64,000 nucleotides of DNA from Orbicella franksi (lineage: Eukaryota), in NCBI GenBank assembly GCA_964199315.1, contig OZ116703.1, positions 31,062,001 through 31,126,000 of the forward strand, read 5' to 3'. The translations under genes were made by a program, and so were the position numbers. The notes beneath the pieces were generated by a model. The model saw nothing but the letters and a program-made list of their open reading frames with translations. It had not been told where the DNA came from and did not search any database. Positions 24,401 to 36,442 of the stretch are shown here, piece after piece. Every line of letters begins with the position of its first letter. The first letter of the stretch is position 1.

Positions 24401-27400
24401 CTAGGGTTTTATTTACAGAGTTAAATTTACACCATCTTGTAGAGCATAAGAAAAGGCCGGAACCGCATGATACAAATTCAGTTTGACTGCCATGGCGATA
24501 TCTCTAGCCTTTGATTGATGTGTCCACAAGACTTTTGTTAAGAATAGAGGCTCAGATACTGAATATATTAATTACTCTCTGCAGATTACCTTGTACCGAA
24601 ATCTTTTGAAAAAGAAGTCGCTTGAGTTAAGTCAACAAACCGAACGTCTCGAAAATGGTTTGCTAAAGTTACAGAGTACAGCTTCTCAGGTAGATGATCT
24701 GAAAGCCAAGCTGGCCTCCCAAGAAGTCGAACTCAAACAGAAGAACGAAGATGCGGACAAACTGATTGAAAAGGTTGGCGTCGAAACTGAGAAGGTTAGC
24801 AAAGAGAAAGCGATTGCTGACGAAGAAGAAAAGAAGGTTCAGGTCATTGCTAAAGATGTGGCTGAGAAGCAGAGGTCTTGTGAAACGGACTTAGCCAAAG
24901 CTGAACCTGCTCTGCAAGCCGCTCAAGAAGCTTTGAACACACTGAACAAGAACAACTTGACAGAGTTGAAGTCGTTTGGTTCGCCACCCTCAGCTGTAGT
25001 CAACGTCACATCTGCTGTTTATGTGTTGCTTTCTCCTCCCAATAAGATTCCTAAAGACAGGAGCTGGAAGCAGTGCAAAATCATGATGGCCAAGGTAAAT
25101 ATCTGACGCAAGGACAATTTTGTGATTTTACTGCAGCTGTACCGAGACATTTCGCAGCAAGTAAAATGGGAAGATTTATTTTCCCAGCCACCGCCAACGA
25201 TTTTTCTTTTCTGTCTCTTTGAAAGGTTGATCAATTTTTAGACCAGTTGGTGAACTACGACAAAGAAAATATTCACGAGAGTAACCTGAAGGCAGTGCAG
25301 CCGTACCTTGACGATCCTGAGTTTGAACCAGACTTCATCCGCTCCAAGTCTGGTGCTGCTGCCGGTATCTGCGCATGGTGCATCAACATTATCAAGTTCT
25401 ATCACGTATTCTGTGACGTAGAACCCAAGAGACAGGCCTTAGCCGCTGCTAATGCAGAGCTGGCAGCTGCAGAGGAGAAGCTGTCTAAGATCAAGGCAAA
25501 GATTAATGAGCTCGATGAGAACTTGGCTGAGCTCACGGCATCATTCGAGAAGGTAATGATTTGAAAGTATTAAATTTTGACCGACTTGACTTAATTTCAT
25601 CTCTCGTCTGCGAGAACTGAATAGGGCCATACAATCGAACCTCCGATTGCTACCACCTCTCGTAAGCGACTGCGACCACTTTTAGAGCTAAAAGTTTGAA
25701 ATTTTCTTTTTTTAACCTCCCGTAAGCGACCGCTCGACAGATAATAGAGCGCAAATTGAGTATTGAGGTGTTGTAACGTTATCGTTTTCCTGGTAGTACA
25801 AGAGATGGAAATTTCTCCAAGTACCGGATTTTCTCGAAATTGACTCGTACATGAATAAAGCATTTAAAACATGGGGTAAGTCTGTGCCGTTACCATGTGT
25901 TGATGAGGCAAATTTGACTCAATATGGTCCAGGCCCTCCCAAGGGACCATCTCCCGTAAGCGACCACTTTCCGTAAGCGCTTACGGGAGGTTAAGGCGAC
26001 TGTAGTTTTCACCCGTGTCTGTAATCCTGCCATCATCCCATATGATGAAGTTGTCCACTGCCGTGTGGCAAAGTCGTCGGGCATGATCCAGTGCAGATTG
26101 TCCTCAACGAGCCTTTGGTATCCGTCATCAGGGGATATTTACGGTGTAGGCCGATTAGCCCTATGACCAACTCCAGGTGATTGGGGGTTGGGGTGGGGTG
26201 GTCAATCTGATGGTTTGTAATCGACTCCTGGTTGGGGGCTAACCGGCTAGGGGCTAATCCACTCGTGGTTGGGGGCTAACCGGCTAGGGGCTAAACGACC
26301 GGTTACCGGCCTCCTCTAACAACGCTTACAGATCTCAAACGAACCTTGACTTTATGGCTTTTTATCTGTTAAAATACTCAAGGACGCTTAGACCAAAATT
26401 AACGTTAAAATGTTATTTCTTTCAAGGCCACGGCTGAGAAATTGAAGTGCCAGCAAGAAGCCGAACAGACAGCAATGACGATCGAGCTGGCCAATCGATT
26501 GGTCGGCGGCTTGGCTTCGGAAAACGTCCGCTGGGCCGAATCTGTGGCGAACTTCAAGGAGCAGGAGAAGACCTTACCCGGGGATGTGTTACTGACTACT
26601 GCGTTCGTGTCATATGTGGGCTGCTTCACAAGGAAATACCGTGACAATCTTATGCACGAGAAGTGGCTTCCATTCTTGAAAGGACAGTCGGTAGGTCCAT
26701 ACAAAACTTATCGTGTTTGTGACTGAGGTGCAACAGATACTTCTACGAAGAAACTTTGCAAATAGGCATTCCTTCTGTGCAGCAGAAACCTACCCAAAGC
26801 AGGCATCTTCCGCTAAGTAGACACTTTCTCGTAGTTAATTTAGCTGTTGTTAAATGCCACTTCTATTTACAACGATTATCAGTTGAGTAAGGCGGGACGA
26901 AAGTTTGGTCACCAAGTTTTAACGTAAAAATCGTGTTGTTGTCACGGGCAACTTACCTCGTTTCCGTTGGTAACAATATCAACAGCCGTTGGTCGCCTGT
27001 CGCGTCGCCTACAATTTCGCGCGCTTTGCTGCCAATTGACGTCAAAGGCGGACAAGTTGCCAACGGATACGGAGCCAGTTGCTCGTGACAACAACACGAT
27101 TTTTACGTTAAAACTTGGTGACTAAACTTTCGCCCCGCCTTACTCAACTGATAATCGTAGTACCTGACTCTTGTAGTAAGGGACACTTTTTTGAGGTCTT
27201 CAAACTAACAAGCGGACATTTAAGGTCAAATGTAAGCTTAATGAAGCCACGTTGTGATAAGTCGTAATTCAAAAGCCATTTTATTCCAAGGTACTAAGTT
27301 ACTTTCAAATCCATGTAAGTCACAAATACTAGTTTATAAGGGTAGAAAAAAGTCTAAAAGGTGACAACAAGCCACAGAGGAACAGGATGGTTAAAGATTC

Positions 27401-30400
27401 GTGAAGATTGAAAAGGATTACAAAAACTTCAAATTGCTAAATTTATTTATCATTCCGGCTACACAAGGTTCCTATCAAGATCACTGAAAACCTCGATCCG
27501 CTGACCTTGCTGACTGACAACGCGACCGTGGCTACGTGGCAGAATGAGAACCTACCGAGTGATCGAATGAGTACTGAAAATGCCACCATCCTGACGAACT
27601 GCGAGAGATGGCCGCTTATGATCGATCCACAGTTACAGGGCGTAAAGTGGATCAAAACCAGAGAAGGAGAGGAACTCCGAGTCGTCAGGCTGGGACAGAA
27701 AGGGTAATATAGAAAAATATTCTTGTTTACTTTGAAGGCGATTCAATTTCTGATCAGGCTACAAAAGTATCAGTTCTCAATATTGAAAGTGCATAGCACG
27801 ATTAACTGTCCCAAGGAATTTGAGCGACGCGGATTTTAAAACTCGAAATTTATAAAGAATATAAGAGTTCATATTGCATTCAAAGAACCTAAACTTTCAT
27901 CAGTTACTGAGTTTCACAAGCTCTCTAAATGTCTGAAGTCAATTCGTATCTGACATGATGCCTTGACTTCTATGCGCAAAGTCATATGTTCATAAGGAAT
28001 TAAAAGTCTACATCGAGTCCCTGTTGCACTAACTCATCGATTGCGCATGCGCGCATGAATGAGTTGAAAATGTAAACAATGACGTTCCACTGTGTATGGT
28101 TTTTACCAAGAGATTGTTGTACTTTATGGTCTGATTGATGCTGGTTGTTTTGTTTTACAGATATCTGGATGCCATTGAACGTGCAGTAGCAAATGGCGAT
28201 TGTGTACTCATTGAGAATATGGGTGAGAATATGGACCCAGTGTTGGATCCTCTGGTCGGCCGAAACACTATCAAGAAAGGAAGGTGCGTTTCGTTGTGGT
28301 CGATGTTTTTGGTCTCTGTGATCCAGTATTTCAATTGTAGGTCACCCATACCAGATAATTTATACATTAATGTTAAAAAAAAAAAAACATCTTGTTGCTT
28401 CAGCTGGCTACAGAGCGCTTTTGGTCTTTTATTAAACTACAAGCTGCATTTACCATCAGTGATCTTGTCTGTTCTCTTCAACTTTTCTCCATATCGCAAC
28501 CTAATTCCATCTTCGCCATCATTACTCATCATTGCTTACTTCCTAGTAATTTCCTGTCATTTCTCAAGCGCTGGTCAACAAAATAAAACCATTAATGTTG
28601 GTTTTCTTGTGGTTGAAGTTTTGAAGTCAAGGCAAAAATGCATGGCGTTGTTCCCCCACTGTTGCAGTTGACAGCAACTAAAGTTTTGTTCAGTCCTACT
28701 TTACACTTGTAACCTTGAGAGGCTCAGAGTACAGGAGGTAAGGTGCACATCTCTTTGCCCTTCAGGTACATCAAGATGGGTGACAAGGAAGTCGAGTATC
28801 ACCCAGACTTCCGTCTGATCCTTCACACCAAACTGGCCAATCCACATTACAAACCTGAGATGCAGGCCCAGACCACCCTTATCAACTTCACGGTCACACG
28901 TGAAGGCTTGGAAGACCAGCTGTTGGCCGACGTTGTTCGTAAAGAGAGGCCAGATCTCGAAGAGACAAAGGTACTGAACGTTCGTGTTACTTGTTTGAGA
29001 ACGAAAGTTAGATTGCAGACCATTTTAGTGGGGCCGTTCCGATCGGTGTAAAACTGAAGCTACAAGTTTCGAGAAGGTGTAGCTTGGTAACGTTTTTTTT
29101 CCTGAATTGTTGCTAAGAAGACAAGTCGATTTTTGATTTAGCATGAAACCATTAAATATGCTTACTCTTGTATTAACTGTCCGTGTTTGCTTTTAGGCCA
29201 ATTTGACCCAACAAATGAACCAATTCACCATCAAGATCAAAGAGCTAGAAGATTCCTTATTAGCCCGTTTGTCTGCTGCCGGTGGAAACTTCTTGGGTGA
29301 TTACGCTCTTGTGGAGAACCTAGAGACAACCAAACGAACAGCTGCGGAGATCGAGGTGAAAGTCGCTGAGGGAAAAACTACAGAGGTCAAGATCAACGAA
29401 GCCCGCGAGCAGTATAGACCAGCGGCTGCACGATCATCATTGTGCTACTTCATATTGAACGACCTCAACAAGATCAACCCGATCTACCAGTTTTCTCTCA
29501 AGGTCAGTTGTAAAACAGTCCGACGCCATGCAACAACGCAAAGCAGGGCAAACATTAAGTGAAATAGTTTTTGTGCAGGAATCCTGTTGGCAGGTTATGT
29601 TCTCTGCGCATCCACGCATTCCTCAATTCTGATCCAAAACAAAATCTTCATATCTGTGTTTTTGTTTCCTTTTTTCAGGCATTCAATGTGGTGTTTCAAA
29701 AGGCTATCGACAAAGCTGAACCTGCAGAAGAAGTGAAACTCCGAGTGAACAACCTGATCGACTGCATCACGTTTTCAGTGTTCATTTACACCACACGAGG
29801 ATTGTTCGAAAAGGATAAACTGATCTTTACTGCTCAAGTAGCGTTCCAGGTAAGAAATTCCAGAATTGATTCCTGGTTTCCCCTCACACCTTTCAAAAGA
29901 AAACCAACTAAAGCAAATTATACATGAGGGTTGAGTTTGTTGTTGGTTCTCGCCTTACTCTGAGGGTTTTTCTCCGGGTTCTCCAGTTTTTTTCCCTCCA
30001 CAAAAACCAAAATCTCCAAATTCCAATTCTACCAGGATAGAGGACCCGTATAAAAGCCAGGTAGGGCTGATTTGGCGGTTTAAAATATTGTAATTTTTTT
30101 ACGTATAACTTTGTAGAAATTAACTGTCTAATGTTCAGAACTTAAAGAATGTTAATCAGACTCACCTTGGCTGTCGTTGCTTCTTTTGTGTTATAAACAA
30201 ACCTTAGAAACAGAGATCGTGAGAAACACTACAGTATCATTTCTAACCAGTTTCTTCCGTTTCTTTATACAGATTTTACTCATGAAGAAAGAGATCGTAC
30301 CGCATGAGCTGGAATTCCTTCTTCGTTTTCCTGCCGCCATGAACGTGACCAGCCCTGTAGACTTCCTGAACAACCTCTGCTGGGGCGGAATTAAGGTAAG

Positions 30401-33400
30401 TTCACTCAAGTATTTGGCAGCCTCGATCATCGAATGAAACCGAAAAACACAGAAAAGACGTCTGGTCGCGTAAAAGTGCAATATTTGGGTCACTGCTCGC
30501 ATTCTAGGTGCGAAATATTCGAGTACTGTGTGAAGCAGCTCCGCGCGATTTGAGTTGAGAATTCCTGTGTTACACTTAAAGGAGCTTAATCACGGTATTT
30601 TGAGTTATTTTGGCCACGTTATAAATTACCTTTTTAATTGAAGGAAACCTGAAAATAAAACTTTACCAAGATATAACAGCACCAAAGAGACAAAAATAAA
30701 CCATAAAGGAACAAGGATGGTTAAGGATGGAGAAGATTTACACGGATTACAAACAACGAACTTGAAAAACTTAAGGTAAACTTTTCAACATGCACAAACC
30801 GTGATGTAGCTCCTTTAAGATGGTTTTACGGGTGTGTTTTTTCTATAGGCACTGAGTAACATGGAAGAATTCCGTAACCTGGATCGTGATATTGAAGGAT
30901 CAGCCAAAAGATGGAAGAAGTTTGTGGAGAGCGAGTGTCCTGAGAAAGAAAAATTCCCTCAGGAGTGGAAGAACAAGAGCTCTTTACAGAAACTGTGCAT
31001 GATGAGGGCTCTGAGGCCTGACAGAATGACATATGCCGTCAGGTTGGTGGAAAGAAACGCACTGTTTTATCCTGTAGCAGGAAGGTCTTCGCGTGACTAA
31101 CGTCTAGTAGATAATGGTGTATTAACTGACTTGACAAAACCGCCTTCTCATGTACAAAGGATTTCATTATTGGCTCGTTCATGAGTTTAAGCAACATTTT
31201 TTGAGTAAAAAAATATTACTTATCTCTGTTAAAGTGTTAGTTTGGAACCTTTCCAACATTTGATAATACTTGTGTGTCCTCTTGCCTTACACAGCGGCTT
31301 TGTTGAAGAAAAGATGGGTGCAAAATATGTAGAAAATCGTCAAGTGGAGTTTGCAAAGTCGTACGAGGAGAGCGGGCCTGGGACCCCAATCTTCTTCATC
31401 TTGTCCCCAGGAGTCGATCCGCTGAAAGACGTGGAGGCACTGGGCAAGAAACTCGGCTTCACATTCGATAACAAGAACTTCCATAATGTGTCACTTGGAC
31501 AGGTGAGAAAAGTCAGTCCATAGAACGATAGAAGATCGTACTCCATGCTGAGTGGAATAACCTCTCATACCCAGGGTACTACGAGATGAACCCCACTGAG
31601 ACCAGAAAATTTGAAACTTGTCATTTGTTTTTCTTCATTTTGAAAAGAAAATTCGAGCGTGAATTGAAGTTAGTGTTGTTGTAAATTTCAGGGTCAAGAA
31701 ATTGTTGCGGAACAGAGTTTGGACTTGGCCGCTAAAGAAGGACATTGGGTCATTCTGCAGGTAATTGAAGAAAAAATCTGTGATACTCGTTATTTTACTC
31801 TGGAATAATTAGTTTAAACCTTGTGTAAACATGTAAACGTTTAAACATTGGGCTGTCTGCAACCCAGACGCTGAGTGAGAAGCCTAAGAATGCTGGGTAT
31901 GTGATTTAACAAGTCTTTTCAACTGGGCTTTCGTTGTAGAATATCCATCTTGTGAAGAAATGGCTGCCGACTCTGGAGAAGAAACTTGAGGCCTACAGTG
32001 AAGGAAGCCATGAGAATTATCGAGTGTACATCTCCGCTGAACCGGCGGGTTCTCCTGATGCTCACATCATACCTCAAGGAATCCTGGAGTCATCCATCAA
32101 AATCACTAACGAACCGCCTACTGGCATGCAGGCCAATTTACATCAGGCTTTGGACAACTTTAACCAGGTAGGTCAGATTCTTTCAGTGACGCACGATTGA
32201 ACACTGCACGTAACTTCGCGCGAACTTTTCAGCTACTATGAGGTAAAAGTAGGAGGTAGTGATTTTATTTGCGGGAACAATTCCATGGTTGCATAAATAG
32301 TGCCATTTAGACATTGCGCGATACATTCCACCGTATGCCGGTACCTTAATCATGTGTTTACTTTGTTTAAGAGTGAAATGGATGACAAATCAACCTTACC
32401 TTTCAATTTTTTCTCTTCTCAGGACACGCTGGAGATGTGTGCCCGTGAGAATGAATTCAAGAGCATTCTGTTCGCGCTGTGTTATTTCCACGCGTGTGTT
32501 GCTGAGCGCCGTAAGTTTGGTCCTCAAGGATGGAACAGGTCGTATCCGTTTAACACTGGTGACTTGACCATCAGTGTTAATGTACTCTACAACTACCTTG
32601 AGGCTAATGCTAAGGTATGTATACAACAAAAGCTTGCAGTTTGAGAGTATCAGGGATTATCTAAGCCTTGACGATAGAGCAGTTTGATGGCAACCCAGGT
32701 GGGTTGGGGTGTTACTTCCAGAAAAATCAGGTTGGGGTGTGCGGCTCGCTTCCCAAAACCCTGACTCTTTTTAAGACCAAACTTTGTGATTTTCCCTACC
32801 CTCTTTATGACCTGACCAAACATTTGGTGCTCTATTTAAGACCTGACCCTTCAATCAATACCCTGTTTCAGACCTGCCGTATAATTAGTTACTTAGTTCA
32901 GACCGATGTTTAAGGTATTCTGAAGGACTTTTGTTGATGGTCTTATCGATAATGACGAAAAAAGTAACTTCTTCTAAAAAACATACTTAATTCTAGACAA
33001 GTGCAAAAACCATACCCTATAACTTGAGACCAAAATGGCTGAAATCGATACCCTATTTCTGACCAAAACGGCTGAAAAACCATACCCTTTTGGGCTGCAC
33101 ATACCTATATAGCCCAAATAAGGGAGTGCCCGCCTCCCGCCAAGTGTCAAAGCGTGAGCTATGATTGCAGTGCTAATTCGTTTTGCTCTGTGTCAGGTTC
33201 CCTGGACTGATCTGCGTTATTTGTTCGGTGAGATCATGTATGGCGGTCATATCACAGATGACTGGGATAGAAGACTGTGTCGAACTTACCTGGAGGAGTA
33301 CATGAAACCAGATATGGTGAGATAGAACCTCGTGTACTTGTTTGCACATTGTGTCAATGAAAACAGTATACCCAGCAGATTCTCGAATCATTCGCAAAAT

Positions 33401-36400
33401 CGGTGTTTGATGGAAGCACTGAAATCTTTTTCCTCAGTTCAATTTCATGTATGACTATATAAAGTATGACTATATGAAGCAGGTAGTAGTATTGTTTCTC
33501 CCGCTGGATGTGACAAGACAAACCGCTCGCACCTATTTGTACTTCTGTCCAGAGAAACCGCTTTGAGAGTAAAGCTTCTTTCGCTACAACATAACTGTCA
33601 ACCCTCTGGTAGGGCTCGAACTTAAATCAGATCTCTGCGACAGTTTCATCCGGGAAAAAATAACTTTCGTCACTGCCCAAATCGCAACTGCAATAATCAA
33701 CTCACCCATTACTTGATTCCTTTGTACAGCTTGAAGGCGAGATGAACCTTGCTCCAGGATTCCCCATTCCTCCCAACTCGGACTACAAGACGTACCACGC
33801 CTACATTGATGAAGCATTGCCTCCAGAGAGTCCATACCTGTACGGTCTGCATCCTAATGCTGAGATCGGCTTCTTAACAGCTACCTCGGATAACTTGTTC
33901 CGTACTGTGCTTGAGATGCAGCCCAGAGACGCGGGTGCTGGAGGCGGCGGAGGACAGACTCGGGAAGAAAAGGTAATTAAGATGCAAAATCTCCTTGCCA
34001 GTGTCCTTGCTTTTCTTATATTACTCATTTGGAGAATTTAATTGTACTAGTAGGACAACTGGTGATCAGTTGGAGTATTCTTATAGGCTTTATACTTGAC
34101 TTTTTATTGTTAATTTAAGAAGAAATTAGATCGTGATCTCTTTAAAGACTGGAAGGGTAATGTAAGATAACAAAAACACAAGCTGTTAGGGAACTGAAAA
34201 CAGAATAGGGACCATAAAGATAACCTTTTAGTCTACGCTATTCCAGATGTAACTCGCGTCACACGACAGAATTTATTTGCATGCCATTGCTTAATTTCAC
34301 AGCTCCTTACGATTGTCAGTGTGAAATTCGCTACGAAATATCACAGCTTTGATTACTAGAAGATTCAGCCTATTTTATCTAAACTGACAACTAAATATGC
34401 CTCTGTTTAAAAACAGGTGAAGCAGGTTTTGGATGAAATCTTGGAGAAGTTGCCAGACGAGTTTAACGTGCAGGAAATGATGGCTCGTGTGGAAGATCGT
34501 ACGCCTTACACTGTGGTGGCCTTCCAGGAGTGTGAACGGATGAACATCTTGACAAGCGAGATCAAACGCTCGCTGAAAGAGCTGGATTTGGGTCTCAAAG
34601 TGAGTTCATCAGTCTTGATAAAATTGTAATTATCTAGCACGTAATCTTATTGCCTGTCGAGTTTGCTATGTAACACTGCCGTGAAGGTGTCCTGTGGCAT
34701 TTCTTAGCTTTGGACTGTAAAAGAAATAGAGAAGTTTACGTAGCACATGCGTAGAATTAGTCCTCGTGCAAACATTGTAAACCCTCGATTTATTTCGAGG
34801 AAGTTTCAAATGTGAAAACGTGAACCCGGCTTTATCAAGTTTGACCATATTGTGAGCCTTTTTAATCTTCGCCATTTATAATCATTCACTTCCTAATGGA
34901 TAAAAGATGGCGACTGCTACCTTAACCCATAATTCTTAGCGCATGAAATCCCTTACAACGCTCAGAGACAACTATTGCAAAAATATGACTTTCCTTGAAC
35001 CTAATCAAAATGGGTTGTGGTTCGCGTGGTATTGTGGTAAAATGTTCAGCCTCCATCTGTTTTCCTATGGAGGATTGTGGATCACTGCTATATTGTCAGG
35101 TACCCTCCTTATGTTTTGACCCGTCTCTAAATTAACACTCGAACTCCATCTGTACTTTGCAGGGTGAACTGACCATCACCGCTGACATGGAGGAACTGGG
35201 TAACTCTCTCTACCTGGATGATGTCCCAGAATCCTGGACGCGCCGTGCTTATCCGTCCATGTCAGGCCTGGCTGCATGGTTTGTGGACTTGCTGCTGCGA
35301 ATCAAAGAGTTAGAGAGTTGGACGTCGGACTTCTGTCTTCCAAACGTTGTTTGGCTTTCTGGTTTCTTCAATCCACAGTCTTTCCTTACTGCCATTGAGC
35401 AGTCTATGGCAAGAAAGAACGAATGGCCTCTGGACAAGATGGCACTTCAGGTAAATGCCCTGCAAATCCAGCCGCTTCTCGTCTTGTGGTTGTTTTGTGG
35501 TTCGTGAGAGAGGGCGAAACAGCAAAAATCAAGCCTTCAATTCTATTCGTAACACACGGAGCCTTGAAATACTATTTCTATTGAGATTAACAGAAAACCT
35601 TTTCTTCCGGCTTTGGTTATGAAGGACAGAATCTAATAAAGTTGGGGCAAAATGTTTTGAAAAAACAACAAATTAAAGTCCAAGGCATAATTATATCGTC
35701 AACAATAGAACAAAATTGGATTTTATTGCTGAATAGTTTACGCTAGTAAAACCAAATCACCAGTAAATCACGCAATTCCTGGCAAAATTTGCAGTACAAC
35801 CTAATACAACGGGCCACTGTAACTTCATAGTGACACTGTTCACCTAAACGAAATTTTATGAACATATCATTTGGGACCTTCGGCTTTGTTACATGTAACA
35901 GGCAAAACACATGTATTGTTGTCGGTTAGTGACTGTTACTATTTGTCCTGTATGATTGAAAACTGAACTCGGTTATTAAAGTTGTTGTCGCAAACTAGTG
36001 GCTGACTGGATTGTACATACCAGGGAGGATAAAACAGAGAACATCTCAGGGCGTAATTCGCCCCCTATATAAACCCGAGCGCTGACTTATGCAAAGTATA
36101 TAATTTTCTCAGGTTGACGTCACAAAGAAAAACAAAGAGGATTTCAACAGTCCGCCCCGAGAAGGTGCTTATGTGCATGGATTGTTCATGGAGGGAGCCC
36201 GATGGGACACACAGACTGGCATGATAGCAGAATCAAGACTGAAGGAACTGACTCCTGGTATGCCAGTCATGTTCATTCGCGCCATCCCAGTCGACAAACA
36301 AGAAACCAAGAACGTTTACGAGTGTCCAGTGTATAAGACGAGGCAGCGAGGCCCCACGTACGTGTGGAATTTCTACCTCAAGACCAAGGAATCCCCGGCT

Positions 36401-36442
36401 AAGTGGACACTCGCAGGAGTCGCTTTGTTATTAAGCGCTTGA
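433..36442 (+). CDS. DNAH9/DNAH17: Axonemal outer-arm dynein heavy chain (dynein beta chain, ciliary; DNAH9/11/17 clade), 5'-partial, 59 exons, about 4118 aa in window
   Basis: All introns GT-AG and phase-consistent. Exons: 433-666, 914-1081, 1318-1434, 1583-1851, 3202-3270, 3646-3772, 4178-4442, 4647-4816, 4905-4979, 5562-5894, 6396-6650, 7325-7494, 7818-8040, 8711-8827, 8921-9007, 9227-9628, 10076-10321, 10760-10984, 11170-11261, 11528-11654, 11957-12109, 12740-12973, 13834-14126, 14557-14713, 14793-15055, 15181-15319, 15801-16049, 16502-16751, 17317-17444, 17856-18287, 18637-18810, 19163-19471, 20032-20361, 20816-20893, 21268-21429, 21655-21848, 22508-22670, 23019-23285, 23698-23859, 24121-24249, 24585-25094, 25226-25552, 26427-26690, 27468-27703, 28161-28283, 28766-28970, 29197-29502, 29679-29849, 30273-30395, 30849-31042, 31295-31502, 31692-31760, 31940-32167, 32423-32614, 33197-33316, 33730-33972, 34417-34599, 35163-35450, 36113-36442. 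Four P-loops ([35 protein letters not shown]), [19 protein letters not shown], a coiled-coil stalk and C-terminal CPVYKT...[12 protein letters not shown]. The exact vertebrate paralogue cannot be assigned (co-orthology likely). Confidence 0.97.
3306..3618 (+). repeat. Tandem array (about 3 units, period 102-106 bp) of a dispersed repeat
   Basis: Unit atgaaagtactgc..aatagctttcatttgaatggtcacacactagg..tccacagac.taaaagttagaaccacc begins at 3331, 3437 and 3539. A solo copy lies at 24323-24449. Confidence 0.9.
3915..4097 (-). mobile_element. tRNA-derived SINE with V-domain-like core (minus strand)
   Basis: Reverse complement matches 29924-30098 (gggttgagtttgttgttggttctc...gggtttttctccgggttctccagtttt..ccctcc..aaaaacc). 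B-box-like gggtttgattcc on the minus strand. The V-domain assignment is from recalled similarity. Confidence 0.7.
8185..8546. mobile_element. MITE about 360 bp (GGCCCCGTCCACAC-type TIR, TTAA flank), copy 1
   Basis: Termini gtcgccgttcacactacg / ctagtgtggacggggcg followed by ttaa. Extensive identity with 12307-12663 and internal repeats of the TIR motif. Confidence 0.85.
9749..9823. repeat. Imperfect hairpin (palindromic) interspersed element
   Basis: aactgtgacc pairs with ggtcgcagtt; tgaaaatgctgcc pairs with ggcagaattttca. Confidence 0.6.
12307..12663. mobile_element. MITE about 360 bp, copy 2, TTAA on both sides
   Basis: ttaa|ggctctgtccac...gtggacgcggc|ttaa; same family as 8185-8546. Superfamily unresolved (TTAA or TA TSD readings are both possible). 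Confidence 0.88.
13426..13538. mobile_element. 113-bp hAT-like MITE with 8-bp TSD
   Basis: TSD caatgcga at 13418-13425 and 13539-13546; TIRs taggctcgatt / aatcgagctta. Confidence 0.75.
13564..13710 (-). mobile_element. 5'-truncated RTE-clade LINE 3' end with 19-bp TSD
   Basis: TSD gagcgctcgtgaatcagta at 13545-13563 and 13711-13729. The minus strand encodes [42 protein letters not shown], resembling RTE ORF C-termini, and ends in a tandem (GTAACAG)n tail. Confidence 0.82.
16199..16433 (+). mobile_element. Kolobok-like (TTAA, AGGAGC TIR) MITE, diverged copy
   Basis: Aligns along its length with 30580-30814. Confidence 0.8.
19533..19620. repeat. Hairpin element
   Basis: cgcg..tggatatgagatggtt pairs with aaccatcacatatcca..cgcg. 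Confidence 0.65.
22685..22932 (+). mobile_element. tRNA-derived element with internal tRNA-like head and 25-bp terminal direct repeats
   Basis: A-box tagcttagttggtagagc and B-box gttcgagtcc in a degenerate tRNA(Thr, AGT)-like fold at 22781-22853. Direct repeats tgcgatgatcaat(c/t)atg(c/t)cttcata at 22685-22709 and 22908-22932. Confidence 0.8.
24323..24449 (+). repeat. Solo copy of the ~106-bp repeat
   Basis: tagaaccacc...atgaaagtactgctcaatagcttttatttgaatggtcacaccctaggg matches the units at 3306-3618. Confidence 0.88.
25632..26002. mobile_element. Tc1/mariner (pogo/Tigger-type) MITE, TA TSD
   Basis: TA|caatcgaacctcc...ggaggttaaggcgactg|TA, with subterminal repeats of cgtaagcgacc. Confidence 0.8.
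26222..26307. mobile_element. Terminal fragment of a Mutator-like element with duplicated subterminal motif
   Basis: Two copies of tggttgggggctaaccggctaggggctaa ending in gaccggttacc, similar to the terminus gaccggatac of the 56699-56908 element. Confidence 0.5.
26870..27160. mobile_element. 291-bp foldback MITE with about 85-bp TIRs, TA TSD
   Basis: TA|caacgattatcagttgagtaaggcggg...gtcacgggcaact versus agttgctcgtgac...cccgccttactcaactgataatcgtag|TA, a near-perfect long inverted repeat. Confidence 0.92.
27218..27445 (+). mobile_element. Old, highly diverged copy of the 30580-30814 MITE family
   Basis: gaggaacaggatggttaaagat..gaagatt.aaaaggattacaaa matches aaggaacaaggatggttaaggatggagaagatttacacggattacaaa. 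Confidence 0.55.
29924..30098 (+). mobile_element. 5'-truncated SINE, same family as 3915-4097
   Basis: Direct in-window similarity to the reverse complement of 3915-4030. Confidence 0.7.
30580..30814 (+). mobile_element. Kolobok-like MITE, 235 bp, intact TTAA TSD
   Basis: ttaa|AGGAGCT...AGCTCCT|ttaa (TTAA at 30576-30579 and 30815-30818). TTAA TSD with purine-purine termini is typical of Kolobok. Confidence 0.85.
32694..33140 (+). mobile_element. MITE-like element with GGGGTACT / AGTACCCC-type ends and ccctattt..gacc internal repeats, copy 1
   Basis: Shares architecture and both end regions with 51412-51884 (aaaccataccct..gcacatac..tatataagggagt). Confidence 0.7.

Noticed and set aside
26005-26200. 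Possible RTE 5' fragment (minus-strand MPDDF...[11 protein letters not shown])
   Set aside because: Only a vague resemblance; the expected GTWNVR endonuclease motif does not follow.
26222-26295. Short direct repeats suggestive of a CRISPR array
   Set aside because: Only two adjacent copies, no spacers of CRISPR size and no cas genes, in a eukaryotic intron; they are transposon subterminal repeats.
9310-33835. Many antisense or alternate-frame ORFs overlapping dynein exons (e.g. 9310-9645, 15429-16064, 19106-19369)
   Set aside because: They are shadow ORFs of GC-richer coding exons, with no independent splice or domain support.
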